Part shown: piece after piece, positions 1 to 10,255 of the stretch
Layout: each line of letters starts with the position of its first letter
How positions within the stretch are numbered: the stretch's first letter is position 1
Assembly: GCA_963810935.1 (NCBI GenBank)
Contig: CAWEPK010000009.1
Location: forward strand, 128,001 to 192,000
Origin: an uncultured delta proteobacterium
Lineage (GTDB): Bacteria; Desulfobacterota; Syntrophorhabdia; Syntrophorhabdales; WCHB1-27
Direction of reading: 5' to 3'
Length of the DNA: 64,000 bases
Program-made: the position numbers and the translations under genes
Notes under the pieces: model-generated
Told to the model about the DNA's origin: nothing
Databases searched by the model: none
Seen by the model: the letters and a program-made list of their open reading frames with translations, nothing else

Positions 1-245
1 GCCTCCCCGGTCACGTATTTCTTCTTTCCATTCACTTCGATGATCGTGCCCACGCCTTCGTGTCCGAGCACGATGGGAAGCGGCGTCCTTTCGTCCTCGC
101 CCTTCCACATGTGCACGTCGGAGCCGCAGACGCCGGCAGCGTCGATCCTGACAAGCACCTCCGACTCCCGCAGGGAGGGGACTTCGATCTCCCTCATCCT
201 TAAGGGGGCGTTGAACGATTCAAGGACCATTGCCCTGGTCTTCAA
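1..245 (-). CDS. Zn-dependent alcohol dehydrogenase (MDR family), N-terminal part; runs off window edge
   Basis: Manual translation from TTG at 245 after GAGGTGG: MKTRAMVLESFNAPLRMREIEVP...GVCGSDVH...LGHEGVG (MDR zinc-site motifs). Confidence 0.85.
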   Translation of the reverse strand, partial: MKTRAMVLESFNAPLRMREIEVPSLRESEVLVRIDAAGVCGSDVHMWKGEDERTPLPIVLGHEGVGTIIEVNGKKKYVTGE

Positions 246-266
246 AAAACCCACCTCAAAAAATAT

Positions 267-1626
267 TCACAGGTGCTCCGCCACGCGGTCGCTCGTCGCG
301 GGAGGCTTCCCTTCGCGTCCTTTCCGGTATATCGGTCCGTAGACGTCTTTGTCGCGGGGCACACAGCCGGCGCAGCCGCCGTCGCGCATGATCTCGGTGC
401 ACTGGCTGCACGCGAGGCACGTTTCTTTCGGATCGAGCTTTCCCGTCTTCAGTATGTCGGCGGCGAACCCAGGATGCGCGATGGACTGTCTGCCGAAGCC
501 GGCAAGCTTCAGCCAATTGTTTTCTATGCACCCTGCGGCGACGTTCGGCGCGAACTGCCTGAGCCAGCTTAAGCCCCCGCCCATAATGACAGCTTCAGGG
601 ACGGCCGCCTGCATGGCCTTCGCGGCTGACAGCAGGAGTGACACGCCTTCTGCCGGGTGCACGGGCGGGATATAGGCCCCATTATTGTAGGGTCTCGTCA
701 GGTGCGGATTATAATAAGGATTGCCCAGGCTGATGCCGAAGAGCTTCACGCCCTTCTCCCACAGCAGCCTCACTAGCGCGGCCGGCTCGGAATAATCCGG
801 TCTACGGAAGTCGTCCTTATCGGCGCCCCAGTTATAGGGGTGTGGGGCCTGCTCGTAAACACCCAGACGTACCGCTATCGTCAGCCGGCCGCCCATCTCG
901 CTTTTGATGGCGTCCACGATGGAGCAGAGCGCGCGCGTCCGGTTCTCGAAGCTGCCGCCGTAGCGCCCCGGCCTCGTATGGGCCGAGAGCAGCTCCCCCA
1001 GCAGGTAGCCGTGGCATGTCTTTATATCGACCGCATCGAAACCGGCCTGTGCCGCGTACTTGGCGGCAGAGACGAATTGCTCGATCAGCCGGTCGAGCTC
1101 CTCGTCGGAGATGACGCGCCCTTCCGGGCGACCTGCGTCAAGAAACGGGTTGCGCGCCGCGACGATAGGCGCCGGGGCATCGACAGGCTTGCTGTAGCGC
1201 CCGGAATGGGTCAACTGCACGACAGAATAAGGACGACCGTGGCCCGCTGCTTTCGACGCCGCGAGCATCTGGCCGAGGGCCGCTGCGATATCCGGCGCAG
1301 TCTCAGCGTTGATCTGCAATTGCCTCGGGTTTGCACGCCCCTCATTGACTACCGCCGTTGCCTCGAACCATACGAGGCCCGCCCCTCCCTCGCCGAAGCG
1401 ACTGTAACGGCGGCGCGTCAGGTCGCTCGGCCTGCCGTCGGGCGTGCCGTCGCACCCTTCCATCGGGTCGATCGCCAAACGGTTGGGTGCAAAGCCTGAG
1501 CCGATCTCGACCGGCCGGGACAGGACTGATAAGTTTTCAGAGATGGGTAAATCGATGCCGAGCCTCGCTAAGTCTTCCTTCAGCCTCGCCGAGGCTCTTG
1601 TAGCGAAAACGATCGTGCCGGGACAT
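267..1626 (-). CDS. NADH:flavin oxidoreductase (old yellow enzyme family) with C-terminal Cys cluster; apparent +1 frameshift near 1586
   Basis: PNRLAIDPMEG, QLTHSGR, DIKTCHGYL, YGGSFENR, CLACSQC motifs. GGAGGG SD and ATG at 1626 give MSRHDRFRYKSLGE, which joins LKEDLARLG only if one extra G is removed. Confidence 0.85.
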
Positions 1627-1885
1627 TCACCCTCCTTCTTGCGGGCTGCCTCCATGACTCCTTTTGGCGGCAGACACCGTATTATAACACATACGAGGCA
1701 ACAGCGGAGCGGTCCGTGATGCTTAAAGCTCGCGTCATCGCCGTATGCCCTGCGGTGAGCGACAGACGGCATGTGTTAGCGACCAAAGAGGTACAGGCTT
1801 ATATACGGTAATATACGGAACAACGAAACGGCGCGTCAGAAATGCGCCCGCGTTACGGATGCCCGGAGGTGAATGAGATGAGATA

Positions 1886-1916
1886 CCCCTGCCCGGGCGA
1901 ATCCGCCGGGCAGGGG
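1886..1916 (-). terminator. GC-rich hairpin downstream of the Lys/Ala/Pro microprotein
   Basis: CCCCTGCCCGG...CCGGGCAGGGG inverted repeat; U-tract is weak. Confidence 0.5.
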
Positions 1917-1929
1917 CAACAAATAATGT

Positions 1930-2019
1930 CTACTTCTTCTTCGGAGCCGGTTTTGCTACTTTCTTTGCTGCCTTCTTCGCCGGTGCCTTTGCCGCTTTTG
2001 CTTCCATTTTCTTTGCCAT
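1930..2019 (-). CDS. 29-aa Lys/Ala/Pro-rich histone-H1-tail-like microprotein
   Basis: AAGGGGG SD, ATG 2019 to TAG 1930: MAKKMEAKAAKAPAKKAAKKVAKPAPKKK; followed by a hairpin. Confidence 0.7.
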   Translation of the reverse strand: MAKKMEAKAAKAPAKKAAKKVAKPAPKKK

Positions 2020-2219
2020 GTTTCCCCCTTAAGAAATGGATTTATATATGATCTAATTTTTTGTAAAAAATATGCAAGAAAAAAACGCATAATTTGAAAA
2101 AAAGTTTTCGAAACCTCATCCCGGACACTCCTGCTTCCGGTTCAGTGGAGTGTCGCTCTGCACTGAAATAGTGGTCCTGCCGCAGGCGGCAGGGTAGCGA
2201 GCTACAGGGAATGACCAAA

Positions 2220-2248
2220 TTGACAGCCGTAGAGTAAAAGTGTAGACT
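2220..2248 (+). promoter_or_regulatory. sigma70-type promoter of murJ (leaderless geometry)
   Basis: TTGACA-N17-TAGACT, ATG 6 nt downstream, no SD. Confidence 0.65.
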
Positions 2249-2254
2249 CCGACC

Positions 2255-3934
2255 ATGACAGAGCGGCAGCGCCCGGCGAACGGACAGCACGGTCCGGAAG
2301 AAGGAACCGGGGATTCCGGAACCGCCGCGAAAGAGGCTGTCCGGCCGGAAGGAAAACAAGCGGCGTCCAGCCGCCACGCGATGCTCGTCGCATCGGGCAT
2401 CCTGCTGAGCCGCATCGCCGGTCTCCTGAGGGACCGCGTTTTTGCCCACTATTTCGGAAGCTCCGATGCGGCCGACGTCTTCAGGGCTGCTTTCCGCATA
2501 CCAAACCTTTTACAGAACCTTTTCGGCGAGGGCGCGCTTTCGGCGTCCTTCATCCCTGTTTACGCAAACCTGCTGGCGCGCAAGGAAGAGAAGGAGGCGG
2601 ATGAAGTCGCTTCCGCAGTCTTCTGCATGCTGTCGCTGGCAATATCGTTTTTGGTCCTCCTCGGCATACTGACGGCGCCGTATCTCACCGCGGTGATCGC
2701 GCCCGGTTTTTCCGGAGAGAAGCTCGACAGGACCGTTGCCTTGGTGCGCATCCTTTTCCCCGGCGCAGGATTGCTTGCGGTCTCCGCATGGTGCCTCGGA
2801 GTCCTTAACAGCCACAGGCGGTTCTTCATCTCTTACTCTGCCCCGGTTGCGTGGAACGTGATGATGATCCTGTCGATGGTCTGCTTTGGCGGCAGCCTCG
2901 ACCAGATAGCTCTCAGCAAGGTCCTTGCCTGGGGATCGGTCGCGGGCAGCGTGTTCCAGCTAGGTGTGCAGCTTCCCTGGGTCATGCGGCTTATGGGCAG
3001 GTTCAGGGCAGTGGTCGGCCTTGGCATGGAAAGCGTGAGGACCGTAATCCGCAACTTCCCGCCCATGCTCGTCAGCCGGGGCGTCGTGCAGATCAGCGCA
3101 TATGTCGACACGCTCATCGCGAGCTTCCTGCCTACCGGCGCCCTTGCGGCCATCGTTTACGCTCAGACCCTGTACATTATGCCGGTGAGTCTCTTCGGCA
3201 TGTCCGTGTCCGCTGCCGAGCTGCCCGCCTTTTCGAGCGCCCTGGGCGACACCGACGATATAAACGCCTACCTGCGGGCACGCCTTAACGCGGCCCTGCG
3301 ACGGATCGCATTTTTCGTCGTCCCGTCCGCCATGGTGTTCCTTGTGCTGGGAGACGTCGTGGCAGCGGCCATCTACCAGACGGGCAGGTTCGGGCGCCAG
3401 GACGCGGTTTACGTTTGGGCGATACTCGCCGGATACGCCATAGGGCTTCTCGCCAATACGTGCGGCAGGCTTTACGCGTCGGCGTTTTACGCGTTGCGCG
3501 ACACGCGCACGCCCCTGGGCTTCGCCGTGCTGCGCGTCCTTCTGGCTGCGCTGCTGGGATATATATCCGCCCTGCACCTGGTGCGTCTTGCCGGCCTCGA
3601 CGCACGATGGGGTACGGTGGGACTCGCCGCATCGGCCGGCATAGCCGGCTGGCTGGAATTTATTCTCCTGAGAAATGCCCTGAACGGACGCATCGGAAAA
3701 ACGGGCCTTTCCGCAGCCTTCTCCGGCAAGCTGTGGGCGGCGGCGGCGGTCGCCGCAGCGGCGGGCTGGACCGTCAAGCTGTCAATGCACGGCAATCACC
3801 CGATCACGCTCGCCGCAGCCTGCCTAGGGTTGTACGGCGTCGTCTACTTCTCCATGACCGCTCTGCTGCGCGTGCCCGAGATGCGGAGCCTCGCCGGAAA
3901 GGCTGCGCGCCTGGCGAAGAGCATGATTCGCTGA
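2255..3934 (+). CDS. murJ: Lipid II flippase MurJ (MviN)
   Basis: SRIAGLLRD, AFRIPNLLQNLFGEGALSASFIPV motifs; many TM segments. Confidence 0.95.
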   Translation: MTERQRPANGQHGPEEGTGDSGTAAKEAVRPEGKQAASSRHAMLVASGILLSRIAGLLRDRVFAHYFGSSDAADVFRAAFRIPNLLQNLFGEGALSASFIPVYANLLARKEEKEADEVASAVFCMLSLAISFLVLLGILTAPYLTAVIAPGFSGEKLDRTVALVRILFPGAGLLAVSAWCLGVLNSHRRFFISYSAPVAWNVMMILSMVCFGGSLDQIALSKVLAWGSVAGSVFQLGVQLPWVMRLMGRFRAVVGLGMESVRTVIRNFPPMLVSRGVVQISAYVDTLIASFLPTGALAAIVYAQTLYIMPVSLFGMSVSAAELPAFSSALGDTDDINAYLRARLNAALRRIAFFVVPSAMVFLVLGDVVAAAIYQTGRFGRQDAVYVWAILAGYAIGLLANTCGRLYASAFYALRDTRTPLGFAVLRVLLAALLGYISALHLVRLAGLDARWGTVGLAASAGIAGWLEFILLRNALNGRIGKTGLSAAFSGKLWAAAAVAAAAGWTVKLSMHGNHPITLAAACLGLYGVVYFSMTALLRVPEMRSLAGKAARLAKSMIR

Positions 3935-3999
3935 TCGAAGGCATGTAACCTGACACTGTCGTGCACTGCAAACCCTATTGTACGAACTTAAATAAAAAA

Positions 4000-4009
4000 T
4001 TGTATACAA
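4000..4009. promoter_or_regulatory. Putative GntR/FadR-family operator
   Basis: Perfect palindrome TTGTATACAA 70 bp upstream of the GntR gene. Confidence 0.6.
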
Positions 4010-4079
4010 CCTGGTGACTTTTCATGTTAAAATATGATGGCTGAAATATAAAGAGTCATTCGCACGAAGGAGGACGGCA

Positions 4080-4775
4080 ATGAAGACGAGGGGCAGCGGT
4101 GAGGAACGCAAGAGAAAGAAGAAGAGGCTCCTGAGAGAGCACGTTTACGGGGGTATCAAGAACGCCATCATCTGCGGCGAATTCGAGCCTGGCAAGAGGC
4201 TTATAGAGGAAAGACTCGCGGAAGACATGAAAACCAGCCGCACTCCTGTGCGGGAAGCAATACAGAAGCTCGAAAAAGAAGGGCTCATCCAAAGACTTTC
4301 CAGGGGCGGCTTTTCCGTCAAAGGCGTCAGCGAGGAAGAGGTCGAGGAGGTCTTCGGACTGAGGGAAGTCCTCGAAGGTTACGCTGCTTTCCTTGCGACT
4401 GCGAGAATAGAAGAAGCCGAGGTCAAGATGCTCGAGCGTATCATCGGCCTCCAGGAAGCCTGCCTCCAGGAAATGGACGTCGACGAGTTCATAAGGCTTG
4501 ACACCGAGTTCCACGATAAGCTTTATCAGGCAGCCAAGAACAACCGGCTCTACATTCTGCTTAACGACCTGCGCGACTATATGTACCGCTACAGGGTCAT
4601 ACTGCTCCGCTACGGAAGAAAATCGACGGCTGCGGTCCAGGACCACAGGGACATGCTCGCGTCGGTGAAGGCGAAAAACGCCCGGCAGGTAGAGAAGCTG
4701 GTGCGTAAGCACATGACGCGCGGCAAGAACCTCATCAAGAAGAAGATAAGACAAGGACAGGAGCCAAGAATTTAA
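4080..4775 (+). CDS. GntR-family (FadR/FCD) transcriptional regulator
   Basis: SRTPVREAIQKLEKEGL wHTH; FCD-like FH...AKN...H. Confidence 0.92.
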   Translation: MKTRGSGEERKRKKKRLLREHVYGGIKNAIICGEFEPGKRLIEERLAEDMKTSRTPVREAIQKLEKEGLIQRLSRGGFSVKGVSEEEVEEVFGLREVLEGYAAFLATARIEEAEVKMLERIIGLQEACLQEMDVDEFIRLDTEFHDKLYQAAKNNRLYILLNDLRDYMYRYRVILLRYGRKSTAAVQDHRDMLASVKAKNARQVEKLVRKHMTRGKNLIKKKIRQGQEPRI

Positions 4776-4857
4776 ATCTAAATAATCGCCGGCGGGCCGC
4801 AGGTTTGCAACATTGGGGACGGCGTATGCCAGGGGGTCGGCGCCTAAAGGAGAAACT

Positions 4858-6630
4858 ATGTCGGGTATAGTCGAAAAATGGGTCGAGGAGCAGGCGGCGC
4901 TTACTAAACCCGCCAGAATATGGTGGATGGAGGGAACTGAGGAAGAGGCAAGGAAGCTCGTCGAGATAGGCATCAACGAAGAGAAGATAGCCGGCCGGCC
5001 GACCTTTCAGCCCCTCAATGCGTCCGTCTTCCCGGGGTCCTACATACACCGCAGCCATCCTACAGACGTGGCGAGGACCGAGCACCTGACGTTCGTCTGC
5101 CTGCCGAAAAAAGAGGACGCAGGCCCTAACAACAACTGGATGGAGCCGGGTCAGGCCAAAGAGATGCTCCGCCCTCTCTACGACGGCTGCATGAAAGGCA
5201 GGACGCTCTACGTCATCCCCTACATGATGGGCCACCCCGACTCTCCATACGCCAGGGCGTGCGTCCAGATCACCGACTCCGTCTACGTGGCAGTCAGCAT
5301 GTACATCATGACGAGGGTCGGCTCCTTCGTGCTCGACATCATCAATCAGAAGGGCCGCTTCGTGAAAGGCCTCCATTCAATAGGGGACCTCGACCCGCAG
5401 CGGCGCTTCGTCATGCATTTCCCGCAGGACGACCTGGTCATGAGCATCGGCTCCGGTTACGGCGGGAACGCACTTCTCGGAAAGAAATGCATCTCCCTGC
5501 GCATCGCTTCTTACCTGGGCTATCAGCAGGGATGGCTCGCGGAGCACATGATCATCATGGGCGTCCAGGACCCGGAAGGCGACATCACCTACATTCTCGG
5601 CTCGTTCCCGTCGGCCTGCGGCAAGACGAACCTCGCCATGCTCGACCCCGTCTTCGAAGGGTATAAGGTGTGGACGCTGGGCGACGACATCGCCTGGATA
5701 AACCCGGGGCCGGACGGCAGGCTCTACGCGATAAACCCGGAGGCGGGCTTCTTCGGCGTTGCGCCGGGCACCTCGGACAAGACAAACCCGAACATGATGA
5801 AGACCCTGAAGGGCAGCAAGTTCTACCCGACCCTTTTCACGAACACAGGCCTCGACACAGACAGCAATGCGCCCTGGTGGGAAGGCCTCACGGACAACCC
5901 GCCGGCCCACATGCTCGACTGGCAGGGACGCCCATGGGACACCTCCGCCGGACCTGCGGCCCACCCCAACTCACGCTTCACCGCTTCCATCTATAACTGC
6001 CCGGGCCTTTCGCCTGAGGTAGATAGCCCGAGGGGCGTGCCCATATCGGGCATCCTCTTCGGCGGCAGGAGGTCGAACACGATACCACTGGTCACGGAAT
6101 CCTTCGACTGGGAGCACGGCGTTTTCAGGGCATCCGCGAATGGGTCGGAAACGACCGCGGCAGCAACGGGCCAGGCGGGCGTCGTGAGACGGGACCCAAT
6201 GGCCATGCTTCCCTTCTGCGGATACAATATGGGCGACTATTTCACCCATTACCTGAAGGTAGGCGCGAACCTTGCGCACCCTCCGAAGATTTTCTCCGTC
6301 AACTGGTTCAAGAAGGACAACAATGGAAAGTTCATCTGGCCGGGCTTCAGGGACAACTCCCGCGTCATTAAATGGATGATCGACAGGATCAAAGGCAAGG
6401 TCGGCGGGGTACGGACCCCGGTCGGCATTATGCCGGAGCCTTCAGACTTCGACGTCAGCGGCCTTGATATCACTGATGCGACTATGAAGGAGCTGTTCAA
6501 GGTAGACAAGGCCGAGTGGGAAAAGGAGGTCGCGGAGACGGAAGCCTTCTACACCCAGTTCGGCGACAGGCTGCCCGCGGCCCTCACCGGAAGGCTCGCG
6601 GAGCTTAAAGAGGGCATCAAGAAGCTATAG
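4858..6630 (+). CDS. pckG: Phosphoenolpyruvate carboxykinase (GTP)
   Basis: FPSACGKTN P-loop, GDDIAW, GYGGNALLGKK, HPNSRF; AAGGAG SD before ATG 4858. Confidence 0.97.
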   Translation: MSGIVEKWVEEQAALTKPARIWWMEGTEEEARKLVEIGINEEKIAGRPTFQPLNASVFPGSYIHRSHPTDVARTEHLTFVCLPKKEDAGPNNNWMEPGQAKEMLRPLYDGCMKGRTLYVIPYMMGHPDSPYARACVQITDSVYVAVSMYIMTRVGSFVLDIINQKGRFVKGLHSIGDLDPQRRFVMHFPQDDLVMSIGSGYGGNALLGKKCISLRIASYLGYQQGWLAEHMIIMGVQDPEGDITYILGSFPSACGKTNLAMLDPVFEGYKVWTLGDDIAWINPGPDGRLYAINPEAGFFGVAPGTSDKTNPNMMKTLKGSKFYPTLFTNTGLDTDSNAPWWEGLTDNPPAHMLDWQGRPWDTSAGPAAHPNSRFTASIYNCPGLSPEVDSPRGVPISGILFGGRRSNTIPLVTESFDWEHGVFRASANGSETTAAATGQAGVVRRDPMAMLPFCGYNMGDYFTHYLKVGANLAHPPKIFSVNWFKKDNNGKFIWPGFRDNSRVIKWMIDRIKGKVGGVRTPVGIMPEPSDFDVSGLDITDATMKELFKVDKAEWEKEVAETEAFYTQFGDRLPAALTGRLAELKEGIKKL

Positions 6631-6649
6631 ATGCCTGCTGTAAGCAGCA

Positions 6650-6682
6650 AGGCATTAAGGTTCTTAATGCCTCTTCCTTTTT
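6650..6682 (+). terminator. Intrinsic terminator after pckG
   Basis: AGGCATTAAG-GTT-CTTAATGCCT followed by CTTCCTTTTT. Confidence 0.6.
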
Positions 6683-6743
6683 CTGAGGGGGAGGCTCCAC
6701 GGACTTTGTTCGTGGAGGGGGCGACGCAAGCCCCAGTAATTGC
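6683..6743 (+). repeat. Dispersed structured repeat, copy A (5'-truncated)
   Basis: CTGAGGGGGAGGCTCCACGGACTTTGTTCGTGGAGGGGGCGACGCAAGCCCCAGTAATTGC; aligns with copies B-D. Confidence 0.8.
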
Positions 6744-6761
6744 AGCGCCGCGCTTTGCGGC

Positions 6762-7798
6762 CTAGCTTATAAAAACCTTGCTGTAACGGTCCATTTCCTC
6801 CAGGGCCTTGCCGCTGCCCATAACGACCGTCGTCAGCGGGTTCTCCGCGATGTTGACGTGCAGGCTCGTCTTCTCGGCAATCCTCATGTCGAGCCCTTTC
6901 AGGAGCGCCCCTCCGCCTGCCAGGGTTACGCCCGACTCCTGCAAGTCCGAGACAAGCTCAGGCGGCAGCTTCTCAGGGCCCTGCTTATTGAGTCGACTAT
7001 AGCCGCCACCGGCTCTTCTATCGCTTCCCTCACGTCGGCGCTGGTGATCGTCAGCGTCTTCGGGATGCCGTTCATCATGTCCTTGCCTACGACCGACATC
7101 GACCCGGCGTCCACCGCCTCGTGGGCCGAGCCTATCTGCATCTTCACTTTCTCCGCAGCATTAAGGCCGATGGCCACCTGGTATTTCTTCTGCAGGTAGC
7201 GCACTATCGCGTCATCCAACTCGTCGCCGGCCACCCTGAGAGATTCGCTGTAGGCGTTCGCAGATAAGCTTATGATCGCCACCTCCGTCGTGCCGCCCCC
7301 GATATCGACGACCATGTTCCCCTTTGGCAGCTCTATGGGCAACCCTGCGCCTATTGCCGCCGCCATCGGCTCCTCTATAAGGTGGACGTTATGGATGCCT
7401 ACCTGTAGGCAGGCGTCATAGACTGCTTTCTTCTCTACCTGGGTGATCCCGGTCGGCACGCAGACGACCATCTTCGGCCTGGACACGCGGTTCTTCTCCC
7501 TGACCGCAGTCAGAAAGTATTTAATCATCGCCTTGGTCACGTCGAAATCGGCGATAACGCCGTCCTTCATAGGACGTATGGCAGTCATCTGCTGCGGCGT
7601 CTTTCCTATGAACTCCTTGGCCTCTCTGCCCACTGCGATGACCTTGCCCGTGTTCCGCTCGATGGCTACGGCCGAAGGCTCGTTGAGCACGATGCCCGCA
7701 CCTTTCATGTAGATGAGCGTGTTCGCAGTCCCAAGGTCCATGGCGAAGTGCGATGAAAGGCCGGTGAAATAAGCGCCGAGTCTCCTGAACCATTCCAT
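6762..7798 (-). CDS. mreB: MreB-like actin ATPase, stand-alone; 1-bp deletion near 6974
   Basis: DLGTANT, VDIGGGTTE, GGGALL; ...RAL joins EKLPPELVSDLQESG if one G is restored (345 aa). Confidence 0.9.
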
Positions 7799-7955
7799 AC
7801 CTTTCGAATCCCCCTTTATCCATCTTCGGGGCAGACGATGCCCTCGATTAACAAGAACGTATTATTATGCCTTTTTTCTCCGGGAAGAAACAGACAAATT
7901 TGTCTCGGTCACCCGCATACTGCCCAGCCCCCCGCACATTACCGGGGCTCAACGC

Positions 7956-9320
7956 CTATTTCTTCTTGCCCCTGCCCGTAGCGATTTCCAATAGCTCCCA
8001 TAGATCCATACTGTCCCTGGGGAAATAGGCGGTGCCGACCTCTATCTCGCGCTTGTCGCCTGCCGCCATGTCCGCGAGCATATTGAGGATCGTGAATTTC
8101 AGGACGTTCAATATGTTCTGCCCTTCTTCGAGGCCGTCGGAGCCGGCCAGCGCAGCGTAGAAGTGCGCGCCGCCGCTCCTTGTCACGATGGCGCTCTTTC
8201 CGACGCAGCATTCTATGCCCTGGCGCATCCTCGTGAGTATCTCGTCACCGTAAGCAGCGCCGAAGGACCTGTTAAGGCCGGGCAGGCCGGGCAGCCTTAC
8301 CGAGACGACCGAGAAGCGCCTTTTCTGGTGCGCCATCTTTTCAAGGCCGTCGAAAAACAGGCTGAACCGCGAGACGCCGGCCGCAGGGTCGAGCCCGGTT
8401 TGCGCCTCCATCTCTTCGGCAAGCCGCAACCGCCCCAAAAAGAGCGACATGAGCACGGCCGCGTCGCTCAGCGCTGTTATCGCGTGCTCCCGCAGCCTGC
8501 GCGCAGACACGGACGCGAAGCCCAGGAAACCGAATGGCTTCTCGCGCATCATGAGGGGGAAGCCGAAGTACTGCCGCACCCTCACTCCGTCGTTCGGGAA
8601 AAGGAAAGGCTTCTCCCTCAGAAACCCGCTGTCGTAAGGCAAAAGGAACTCCCGCCCGCCCTCCAGCACGGTTGAGGCAATCGTCGCCTGCATCGGGCAT
8701 TCGGCGCCTGCGAGCGGCCCTGCGCCCGTCCCCACGGCACAGACTATAGAAAGGCCGCCTTTCCGCTCGACGCCTGCGAGGGCCAGGTCGCCGCCGGAGA
8801 CGGAGAGCGCCTCCCGAATGACCTCTTCCATCAGCGCGTCGTCCGGCCGGGGCTGCCTTAAGAAACGGATCTGCCGCCTCAAAAGCTCCGCCTCTTCGCG
8901 CTCCTCTTCCATCTCGGAGAGCCGCTTCTCGCCTTCGACCTCTTTCGAGAGCATTTTCCCGAAATGGGCCAGGATCTTCTTGTCCTTCTCCGTGAAGACC
9001 CATTTGCCCTTGCTGTCAACGACGATCACGCCCGGTATCTCCAGGGGATAGGCCATGAACGACTTGATGTCTTCTTTCTTCCCGTAGTAGCCGAGGGTTT
9101 CCTCGTCCTTGTCGAAGTTGCCTATGATGAGCGGCTCCCTGTGCTTCAGCACCCACCCGGCAAGCGTCCCCTCCAGCGGCAGGCTGTGCCCCTTGTCGAA
9201 GCTCTGGGCGAAGCTGACCGCGGAAAGGCAGGAGAGCCGGTCGTCTTCCTTCATATAGAGCGCGACCGTATGGGCCTCGTAGACGTTGAAAATCAGCTCG
9301 ACGAAACTGTTCAGGCTCAT
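7956..9320 (-). CDS. GAF-GAF protein with degenerate GGDEF-like domain
   Basis: ATGA overlap with ttuA stop; GAF-like GWV..REPL...SFMAYPL; GGDEF-like LNRSFG..YGDEIL and RSGGAHF. Confidence 0.7.
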   Translation of the reverse strand: MSLNSFVELIFNVYEAHTVALYMKEDDRLSCLSAVSFAQSFDKGHSLPLEGTLAGWVLKHREPLIIGNFDKDEETLGYYGKKEDIKSFMAYPLEIPGVIVVDSKGKWVFTEKDKKILAHFGKMLSKEVEGEKRLSEMEEEREEAELLRRQIRFLRQPRPDDALMEEVIREALSVSGGDLALAGVERKGGLSIVCAVGTGAGPLAGAECPMQATIASTVLEGGREFLLPYDSGFLREKPFLFPNDGVRVRQYFGFPLMMREKPFGFLGFASVSARRLREHAITALSDAAVLMSLFLGRLRLAEEMEAQTGLDPAAGVSRFSLFFDGLEKMAHQKRRFSVVSVRLPGLPGLNRSFGAAYGDEILTRMRQGIECCVGKSAIVTRSGGAHFYAALAGSDGLEEGQNILNVLKFTILNMLADMAAGDKREIEVGTAYFPRDSMDLWELLEIATGRGKKK

Positions 9321-10255
9321 GATGCTGCCTTTGGCTCGTGGACCTGGAAGCGGACGTGGGCTGAGATGCCGAACCTCTCCATCAGCCGGCAGAAGCCGCA
9401 TTGCGCGCCGTACGACGGGTAGCCGCAGGATGTGCAAAACGTCTTCTGTCCGATAGGCGCCTTTCTCTCTTCCCTGCCCCTTTTCAGGTAGCCTTTCATG
9501 AAGGCAAGCTTCGTCGCGGGCGAGTTCTCCTCCACCCGGTTGAGCAGCGCCTTGTAAAGGAGCGTCTTCGCCCCCTTCGAGTGGGGGCACTCTTCGTAGA
9601 CGTAGTCGATGCCGTTCATCAAGGCGTAGGCGGCCGTCTCCTTCTCGGAGCAGAGGAAGAAAGGCTTCACCTTCTTGACGAGGCTATCGCCCTCGGCTTC
9701 CAGCACTACGTCTTTTTTCCAGAGGTATTCTTCCTTCCAGTGGAGGATGTTGCCGAGAAGGGCCGAGGCCTCGTCGTCCAGGTTGTGGCCCGTGGCGAGC
9801 ACGGTATAGCCGTAGTCGGTGCACGCGCGGTTCATAACGTACCGCTTTATAGAGCCGCAAAGCGAGCAGGCCGGCCGTCTCATCTTCCGCGCAAGCTCCT
9901 CTACGCCCTTGTCGAAGACTTCCGCGAAGGAGAACACATAGAGCTTCCGGCCCAGCGCATCCGCCATCGCCTTCGCCTTATCGTGGGAGACGCGCGAGTA
10001 GTCGCCGATGGCGAGGTCGATGTAAATGCCGTCCGCCGGGCGGCCCAGCTTGTTCAGGAGGTGCCACAGGGCAAGGCTGTCCTTCCCGCCGGAGACTGCC
10101 ACGAGCAGCCTGTCTGATGCCGTAAAAAGCTTATATTTATCATTTGTGTTGGAGACGCGCTTTTCGATGAAAGAAATAAAATCGCCCGCGCACAGCGCCG
10201 TGTTGTACTGAGGTAGGCGAATATTCGCCTGTGCGCCGCACACCCTGCACTTCAT
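9317..10255 (-). CDS. ttuA: tRNA 2-thiolation enzyme, TtuA/Ncs6 family
   Basis: PP-loop SGGKDS, CSLC, GHNLDD, ECP, N- and C-terminal Cys zinc-finger motifs. Confidence 0.85.
   Translation of the reverse strand: MKCRVCGAQANIRLPQYNTALCAGDFISFIEKRVSNTNDKYKLFTASDRLLVAVSGGKDSLALWHLLNKLGRPADGIYIDLAIGDYSRVSHDKAKAMADALGRKLYVFSFAEVFDKGVEELARKMRRPACSLCGSIKRYVMNRACTDYGYTVLATGHNLDDEASALLGNILHWKEEYLWKKDVVLEAEGDSLVKKVKPFFLCSEKETAAYALMNGIDYVYEECPHSKGAKTLLYKALLNRVEENSPATKLAFMKGYLKRGREERKAPIGQKTFCTSCGYPSYGAQCGFCRLMERFGISAHVRFQVHEPKAAS

Noticed and set aside
1700..1745. GGCGATGA on the minus strand as a fluoride riboswitch
   Set aside because: Lacks the GGCGATGG..TTCGCC stem and the downstream conserved elements.
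1627..1772. ORF-track N-terminal extension of the flavin oxidoreductase (similar over-extensions at 7956-9590, 31762-32715, 44497-45081)
   Set aside because: Better starts with SD or translational coupling lie downstream; the extensions are non-protein-like or overlap neighbours.
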